This document shows, piece by piece, positions 58,630 to 64,000 of a stretch of DNA of 64,000 nt. Position numbers and translations under genes: made by a program. Position 1 is the first letter of the stretch. The number at the start of each line of letters is the position of its first letter. Below the pieces are notes generated by a model, which was not told the DNA's origin, did no database searches, and saw nothing but the letters and a program-made list of their open reading frames with translations. The DNA is from Spirochaetaceae bacterium. Lineage in GTDB: Bacteria > Spirochaetota > Spirochaetia > DSM-2461. The DNA lies in contig OZ245056.1 in the NCBI GenBank assembly GCA_965224705.1, forward strand, positions 1,824,001 through 1,888,000, in the 5' to 3' direction.

Positions 58630-59829
58630 ATGAGAGCATTAACGAAGCGCTATAACCGTCTTGGTACAGAAACGGCTTTTGCTGTAGGGGCTGATGCATC
58701 CGAATGGGCCGACAAAGGCAATACAGTGTATCCATTTCATTTAGGTGATATAAATATACTCACCCCTGAATACATTCTCGAGGCTGCAATTAAAGCGGCC
58801 AGAGAAGGAAAGACCGGGTATACCCCGGGCCCTGGCATCCTGCCGCTCAGAGAAGCCCTGGCAGAAAACCTGGGCCGCTCCAGAGGATTGAATTTCACGG
58901 CTGAAAACATTTCTGTTCAACCAGGAGGCAAGCCTGTGATAGGTAAATTCCTGGCTGTCACTCTTGAGGAAGGTGCGGAGGCCCTCTATCCCAATCCCGG
59001 ATACCCAATATATGAGTCTCAAATAGAGTATCTGGGCGGCAGGGCACTCCCTTACGGATACAGGTCAACTGAAAAGGGCTTTGAAATCAATCGTCAGGAA
59101 ATTGAAAATCAGATTACCGACAGGACTTCTGTAATAATCTACAATAACTATCAGAATCCAATCGGGGCTGAATCCACTCCTGAAGAGATGCAGTGGGTGG
59201 CCGATCTGGCCCGGAAGCATAACCTGTGGGTTCTTGCTGATGAAGCATATTACGAAGTGCGCTACAGCGGAACCAGTAAAAGCATTGCTTCACTGCCCGG
59301 TATGGCGGAACGAACAGTCATCCTCTATACTTTTTCAAAGAAATTCGCCATGACAGGCTGGCGGCTTGGCTGTGCGGCAGGTCCGTCAGAATTGATGGAA
59401 GCCATTTCAAAATTCAACACCAATCAGGAATCCTGCTCCAACCATTTTGTTCAAGCGGCGGGAATTGCCTGTTTGAAGGGACCGGATGGCCCCCAGAATG
59501 AGATAATCAAGACATTGAGAGTTCGAAGAGATGCCCTTGTGGATGCCCTGCAGTCCATAGATGGGGTCAAAGTACCCAGACCGGAAACAACCTTCTATCT
59601 TTTTCCCGATGTAACAGAGGTTTACAAACGCAAAGGATATACAGACACTGCAAAGTTCAGGCTGGATGCCCTGCATGAAACCGGAGTATCATTTTGCTCA
59701 AGAGAGCATTTTGGCCGACCATTACCCGGAGAAGACCGGGTGTTTATCAGGTTTGCCTACAGTGGAATTGATATCGACCGTATTCAGGAAGGACTTGCAA
59801 AGCTTAAATCTTTCTGGGAACAGGTATAA
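58630..59829 (+). CDS. Class I/II PLP-dependent aminotransferase
   Basis: GYT...GI..LRE, PNPGYPIY, NP.G, DEAY and FSKKFAMTGWRLG motifs. Confidence 0.93.
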   Translation: MRALTKRYNRLGTETAFAVGADASEWADKGNTVYPFHLGDINILTPEYILEAAIKAAREGKTGYTPGPGILPLREALAENLGRSRGLNFTAENISVQPGGKPVIGKFLAVTLEEGAEALYPNPGYPIYESQIEYLGGRALPYGYRSTEKGFEINRQEIENQITDRTSVIIYNNYQNPIGAESTPEEMQWVADLARKHNLWVLADEAYYEVRYSGTSKSIASLPGMAERTVILYTFSKKFAMTGWRLGCAAGPSELMEAISKFNTNQESCSNHFVQAAGIACLKGPDGPQNEIIKTLRVRRDALVDALQSIDGVKVPRPETTFYLFPDVTEVYKRKGYTDTAKFRLDALHETGVSFCSREHFGRPLPGEDRVFIRFAYSGIDIDRIQEGLAKLKSFWEQV

Positions 59830-60624
59830 TTAGTGGTTATCTCCCATCAGCATGTTGCCAATCCCTCCCAGGAGCGATCCTTCACCTTTACTGGATCGAC
59901 CTGTCTGGGGTGCCGCTTTTATGATGCGGTTTGCCAGTCTGCTGAATGGTAAACTCTGTAATAACAGTGTACCATACCCACTCATATCAGCCAGAAAAAG
60001 GCCTTCACCACCGAACAGCATGGATTTGAGATCACCTGACCTGGTTATGTTGTAAGAAATTCCACTGGTAAAAGCAGCAAGACAACCCGTATCGACGAAT
60101 AGACGATTACCATTCATCGTGCGGGTTATCACGGTGCCGCCCACATGGATGAAAACCATACCATCCCCTCTCAATCGCTGAAGAATAAATCCTTCACCAC
60201 CGAAGAATCCAACGCTTAGTTTTCTTTGAAATGCAATATCGACGGAGGTTCCCATAGCTGCACAGAGAAATGCATCTTTCTGGCAGATGAGTTCACCTCC
60301 CATTTCTGATAGATCCAGGGCGAGTATTTTTCCTGGATAGGGAGCTGCAAAAGCCACTCGTTTTTTCCCACTCTTCCTATTGGTGAAGTGGGTCATAAAA
60401 ATGGATTCACCCGTCAGCACCCGTTTCCCCGCATCGGTGAGTTTCTTCCACATCCCTTCCTCGGGGGCGGATCCATCGCCCATTCTGGCCTCAAATTCTA
60501 TCCCTGAATCCATGTAATTCATTGCTCCTGCTTCGGCAATAACGGTTTCATTGGGATCAAGTTCAATCTCCACGACCTGCATATCATCGCCGAAGATTTC
60601 GTAGTCAATAACATGACTTGGCAT
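59830..60624 (-). CDS. TIGR00266/AIM24 family protein
   Basis: [32 protein letters not shown] and QSLPFSR motifs. Confidence 0.92.
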   Translation of the reverse strand: MPSHVIDYEIFGDDMQVVEIELDPNETVIAEAGAMNYMDSGIEFEARMGDGSAPEEGMWKKLTDAGKRVLTGESIFMTHFTNRKSGKKRVAFAAPYPGKILALDLSEMGGELICQKDAFLCAAMGTSVDIAFQRKLSVGFFGGEGFILQRLRGDGMVFIHVGGTVITRTMNGNRLFVDTGCLAAFTSGISYNITRSGDLKSMLFGGEGLFLADMSGYGTLLLQSLPFSRLANRIIKAAPQTGRSSKGEGSLLGGIGNMLMGDNH

Positions 60625-60701
60625 ATTGTCCTCCATATTCAAACTAAGAAGATAATAGCATCAATGCGTTTTCATTATAAGGCTGTTGTAATCCTTACCG
60701 G

Positions 60702-61306
60702 GTGTCAGAAAGCCTGTAAAACCCCCCTTCGACCCATCCCGGGAGTCCAATCCCATCCTAAACCTTCACATACAGCGGATCATAACGGCCAGATTCCACT
60801 CCCGGCAAAGATGTTGATGTGGTTGGGATAGTATTGAGAGAAGGAAAAGGACTCCAGTCCATCGGCGGCCATGGGGAGTTTTTTCAACAGCCGGGCATGG
60901 ATTGCCATGGCGGAACGGGCCAGTCTTTCGCATCGATTCTGCACCGTATCGGAAGAAACCTCCAGATGACGGCTGATGTCGTTCACACCGGAAGAGGTCA
61001 CCAGATGTTGGAGAAGTTCCTCGTAGTCGATGACTTTTTTCGCATAGTAATCAATTGAAAAAGTCTGGGCGGAAAAGGTTCTTTTGCAGTCATTGCAGAT
61101 GTAGCGCTGGACTGTTCCAAATGCTTCTGTGTGGTAGGAACTGTGTATCGAAAACCAGTTTTTTTGCTTCGGGACACTGAAATGGATACATTTCGGGTTG
61201 GGGCAGTGGGGGAATGGCATGGTCAAACTCCTTTATAAATTGTTTTCTTACTATGTTATAACGAGCCTGACAGGGGTTTTTGCTGTATTAACAAGCTTTC
61301 TGACAC
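60702..61306 (-). mobile_element. Internally deleted IS with GTGTCAGAAAGC-family TIRs
   Basis: Ends GTGTCAGAAAGCCTGTAAA (60702) and TTAACAAGCTTTCTGACAC (61288-61306) enclose a truncated transposase. Confidence 0.85.
60780..61220 (-). pseudogene. Truncated IS1-like transposase (zinc ribbon, HTH and start of the DDE domain)
   Basis: CPNPKC...QRYICNDCKRTFS, HTH ISRHLEVS..TV and ADGLESF, then an abrupt end. Confidence 0.8.
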
Positions 61307-61373
61307 TGGGAAAACTTTTCCACAACCATTTCACAGCTTGACAAAAAGATGAAAACAGATATCCTCACATCTT

Positions 61374-62501
61374 ATGAAAAAACTGATTATTACTATGACA
61401 ACAATGATTATTGTCCTCTTGATCGGAGGATGTGCCGCCAAAAGATTTCCTGATAGATCGGTGGATTCCTATGAAGATTGCCAGAGCAAGGGTGGAATCT
61501 GGTACAACGATCAATGCTGGAAGGACTTCCAGGAAGAGGATAACCTGCTGGAATCGGAGGTTGATGATTATGTCAATACTGCAATGAAAGCTATTGAATC
61601 ATCAGCAATGGTTGTGGACGATGAAAGATACCCTGTTCACACAACACTGGCTATTCCAATTGAGAATGAAAAGGTACTTTTTGTAGTTGTATATCGCAAA
61701 GACAATGTTTTTGAAACCGTCCTCTTTAAACCCGGAATGGAACAAATAACTGAAGGTGCTGCTTTCAAAACTTCGGGCGAATTCCATGATGGTAATGCAT
61801 GGCTCATTGGCCTGTCAAATTCAACTGCAGTTGCTTCGACTGAAGCCAGAGTTCAAGTTCACAGTGGCCCCGAAAATGGATTTGATTTTGAGTTTTCTGG
61901 AGACTGGATGTTTCGTGATGGTCGTGACAATAAGAAATTTAATGTCCGGGTAAATGAGACAATGATGACGGCTGGCAACAGTACTCTGGAAATCCAGGGT
62001 AATGAAGCCTGGTTATCGGGTGAGACAGGAGCCATTACATATAATCAAATAAGAAATCTGATCAAAGACCACCCGCAGGTTAGAACGATTGTAATGAAAC
62101 AGATAAGGGGTTCTCTTGATGATAAGATCAACATGCATACAGGACGACTGATCAGGGAACATGGTTTTACGACAAAAGTTCTCTCCGACAGTAGAATTGC
62201 TTCAGGAGGGGTGGATTTATTCTGTGCCGGGGAAAAACGAATCATTGAACAGGGTGCTGAGATAGGAGTACATTCCTGGTGTTGTGCAGGTGAAGACGAT
62301 CTCCCCGCCAACCAGTTCCCTGATGAACATCCAGTACATCGACTCCAACTGGATTATTTCACAATGATGCTGGGGGAAGATATTGGACCGAAATTCTACT
62401 TCTATACATTGAATGCCGCACCATTTGAAGAAACCCACTATATGACTGATGAAGAAATACTTGATTGGGGGATTGCGACGGAGTTCCTTACCGGAGAATA
62501 G
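61374..62501 (+). CDS. Lipoprotein with C-terminal ClpP/crotonase-like (COG3904-like) domain
   Basis: Lipobox IGGC; GSLDD.IN...GR.IR and IASGGVDLFCAG..R......IGVHSW; TTGACA at 61338. Confidence 0.7.
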   Translation: MKKLIITMTTMIIVLLIGGCAAKRFPDRSVDSYEDCQSKGGIWYNDQCWKDFQEEDNLLESEVDDYVNTAMKAIESSAMVVDDERYPVHTTLAIPIENEKVLFVVVYRKDNVFETVLFKPGMEQITEGAAFKTSGEFHDGNAWLIGLSNSTAVASTEARVQVHSGPENGFDFEFSGDWMFRDGRDNKKFNVRVNETMMTAGNSTLEIQGNEAWLSGETGAITYNQIRNLIKDHPQVRTIVMKQIRGSLDDKINMHTGRLIREHGFTTKVLSDSRIASGGVDLFCAGEKRIIEQGAEIGVHSWCCAGEDDLPANQFPDEHPVHRLQLDYFTMMLGEDIGPKFYFYTLNAAPFEETHYMTDEEILDWGIATEFLTGE

Positions 62502-62652
62502 ATGCTTTCTGACGACTCCTTGTTTTCGACCAACTGCATTGACCGGCAAATCAGGAAGGACAACCCGGATCATGTGCGGGAAACGGTGCCATTTTTAGGT
62601 GTTTGAGTTCGAAGATGAACCGGAATATCGGCAGAGTTCGCATTCCTGACAC
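62502..62652 (+). pseudogene. Probable C-terminal transposase fragment ending in a degenerate TIR
   Basis: 62502-62606 reads MLSDDSLFSTNCIDRQIRKDNPDHVRETVPF, which resembles (from memory) the N..DR..RKD...HVRETV block of spirochaete IS1-like transposases; CATTCCTGACAC at 62641-62652. Confidence 0.55.
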
Positions 62653-62660
62653 TGCATAAG

Positions 62661-62946
62661 GAGTCTGTCGGACTTCCGCCTCACGGCTCGATTTTTGCCC
62701 TTCTCTCCAGAAGCAAGCCTCTTGCTTGCTTCTTCCGAGCCGCCTTCGTTCGTTTTCGCCGCCATCCGTGGCGGCTTTTCCTCGCTATCGCTCGGCACTC
62801 TCTCAGGATGCGAGTTTATAGACTCGCATACCCTGCTGCTGCGTTGCCAAAATACTCACGTAGCCCAGCTACGCTCCGTTTTTGTCGCCTTGCATCAGGC
62901 AAAAATCATCAAAAATCGCCTCGAAGCCTTAAAGTCCGACAGACTC
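62661..62946 (+). mobile_element. 286-bp palindromic MITE/RPE-like element (intergenic, long form)
   Basis: Perfect 15-bp TIRs GAGTCTGTCGGACTT and AAGTCCGACAGACTC, with a TAAG direct repeat on both sides (62657-62660, 62947-62950). Confidence 0.92.
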
Positions 62947-62971
62947 TAAGACTTGAGAAGTCAGTTCGTTT

Positions 62972-64000
62972 TTACCGATGGATTTTCTTCTCCAGCCTCA
63001 TCTTGCGATGCAAAAGAGCATCTTTCTGCTTTGGAGTCATTATCCTGTCTTCCAGATCATTAACAATCTTAAGGGCCTGTCGGGGATCCTTCTGATGATG
63101 TTCCCAGTACATGGCCAGTTCAACAGCGGCATGGAGATTACCTGAATATGTTTCATGAATAACTTCCCATATCTCCACGGCCGACAGCAAATTCCCGCGG
63201 CGTTTATACCGGCTGGCCAGTTCAAGTCCGCAGTCCACATCCCCATCCATCCAGCCTGACTCCAGCCATTGGAAGCCCCTGCCGGAGTTTGATTTTTCCC
63301 ATTGACGAGCCATTCCCATGTATCGGGGAAATACTCCTTCCGGTCGTGGAGAATTTGTTTGGGGATTGTATTGACCCCATTCTTCCATACGGGCAAGGAG
63401 TCTGGCCAGAGAAACTATGTCGTCAGCATTGTGTTGAAAAACTCCTTCAATGCGATCAGGTTTCTCCTTCAGCCAGCGAAACCAGGCTTCCGGAGCCTCA
63501 TTTCCCGGTAAATCATCCGGCCGGAAGAAATTGAGGATATCGGTTTCAACTGTTTTCAATCCCAGGTTCGGCAAAAGTCTTCTCCAGAGTCTGCGTGCAG
63601 GATGGAGAAGGTCGATTTGAGTGGGAGACGGCGGGGGGAGACGATTCAACAGGAAGCGGGTATTGAGAACCTGGGAATCAAATGAAAGTCCATTGTATGA
63701 AAGGTGATGACGATGAGCCTCCGTCAGCCGGGCAAACCGCTTCAGCATTTCTGTCTCTCCGGGATAATCGGCAAGAAAAAGCTGTGTAAGCAGGTAGTCC
63801 CCTCTCCTTTGCCAGCCCAAACCGATGAGAAATGCCGTGTTTCCCGCTCCACCGGAGAGTCCAGTCGTTTCCAGGTCGTAAAAAACAAGTTCATCAGACC
63901 TGGTTCCCGCAGGTAGAATAAATCCGCTTTTTAATTCCTCCGGCAGGATGGAAGGATGTATCAGTTGTCGTTCCCAGGCACAATCAGCCGTTTGCTTCCA
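62972..64000 (-). CDS. YprB-like RNase H-fold exonuclease with TPR-like C-terminus (5' end outside the window)
   Basis: FYDLETTGLSGGAG upstream of the tracked ORF, SYNG.SFD, IDLLHPARR, R.DDLPG and HN.DD. Confidence 0.85.
   Translation of the reverse strand, partial: WKQTADCAWERQLIHPSILPEELKSGFILPAGTRSDELVFYDLETTGLSGGAGNTAFLIGLGWQRRGDYLLTQLFLADYPGETEMLKRFARLTEAHRHHLSYNGLSFDSQVLNTRFLLNRLPPPSPTQIDLLHPARRLWRRLLPNLGLKTVETDILNFFRPDDLPGNEAPEAWFRWLKEKPDRIEGVFQHNADDIVSLARLLARMEEWGQYNPQTNSPRPEGVFPRYMGMARQWEKSNSGRGFQWLESGWMDGDVDCGLELASRYKRRGNLLSAVEIWEVIHETYSGNLHAAVELAMYWEHHQKDPRQALKIVNDLEDRIMTPKQKDALLHRKMRLEKKIHR

Noticed and set aside
62595..63095. Short ORFs across the palindromic element (and 4918-5169)
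   Set aside because: They are open frames within the repeat with no SD or family motifs, so they are not called as genes
1..64000. tRNA, rRNA, CRISPR array, prophage or anti-phage defence genes
   Set aside because: None recognised by eye; a short RNA gene could have been missed without a covariance search

Overview
This looks like 64 kb of a Spirochaetales chromosome. The assignment is inferred from a DUF2259-like protein, a spirochaete-type GH13 amylase, a VWA protein, an 'AGG' signal-peptide binding protein and the Gx/NusG-II cluster. Most of the window is housekeeping and transport genes: proS, lysA, pyrC, hisA, a hisE-like gene, trpS, nucleoside and polar amino-acid ABC transporters, a xanthine permease, a transketolase-like gene and an aminotransferase. 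The notable parts are: (1) a palindromic, TIR-bounded non-autonomous element inserted in frame (165 bp, 55 aa) into the alpha-amylase CDS, with a longer intergenic copy and two degenerate relatives elsewhere; (2) a PadR-linked six-gene envelope operon (secreted helical protein, LolD/LolE-like ABC, LolA-like carrier, beta-barrel, and a miniature single-POTRA Omp85-like protein) that may be a dedicated export or assembly system; (3) a second repeat family (GTGTCAGAAAGC ends) linked to a decayed transposase, with unrelated interiors, bracketing a nitrate transporter/reductase/mobA cluster and a lipoprotein gene; (4) a RibL-like nucleotidyltransferase fused to an EamA transporter; (5) a BspA-type LRR lipoprotein with 69-bp tandem repeats; (6) several apparently leaderless promoters; (7) a perfect 22-bp inverted repeat at the promoter of a probable major outer-membrane protein. 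I saw no rRNA, tRNA or CRISPR array. All family calls come from motif recognition by eye, not database searches.
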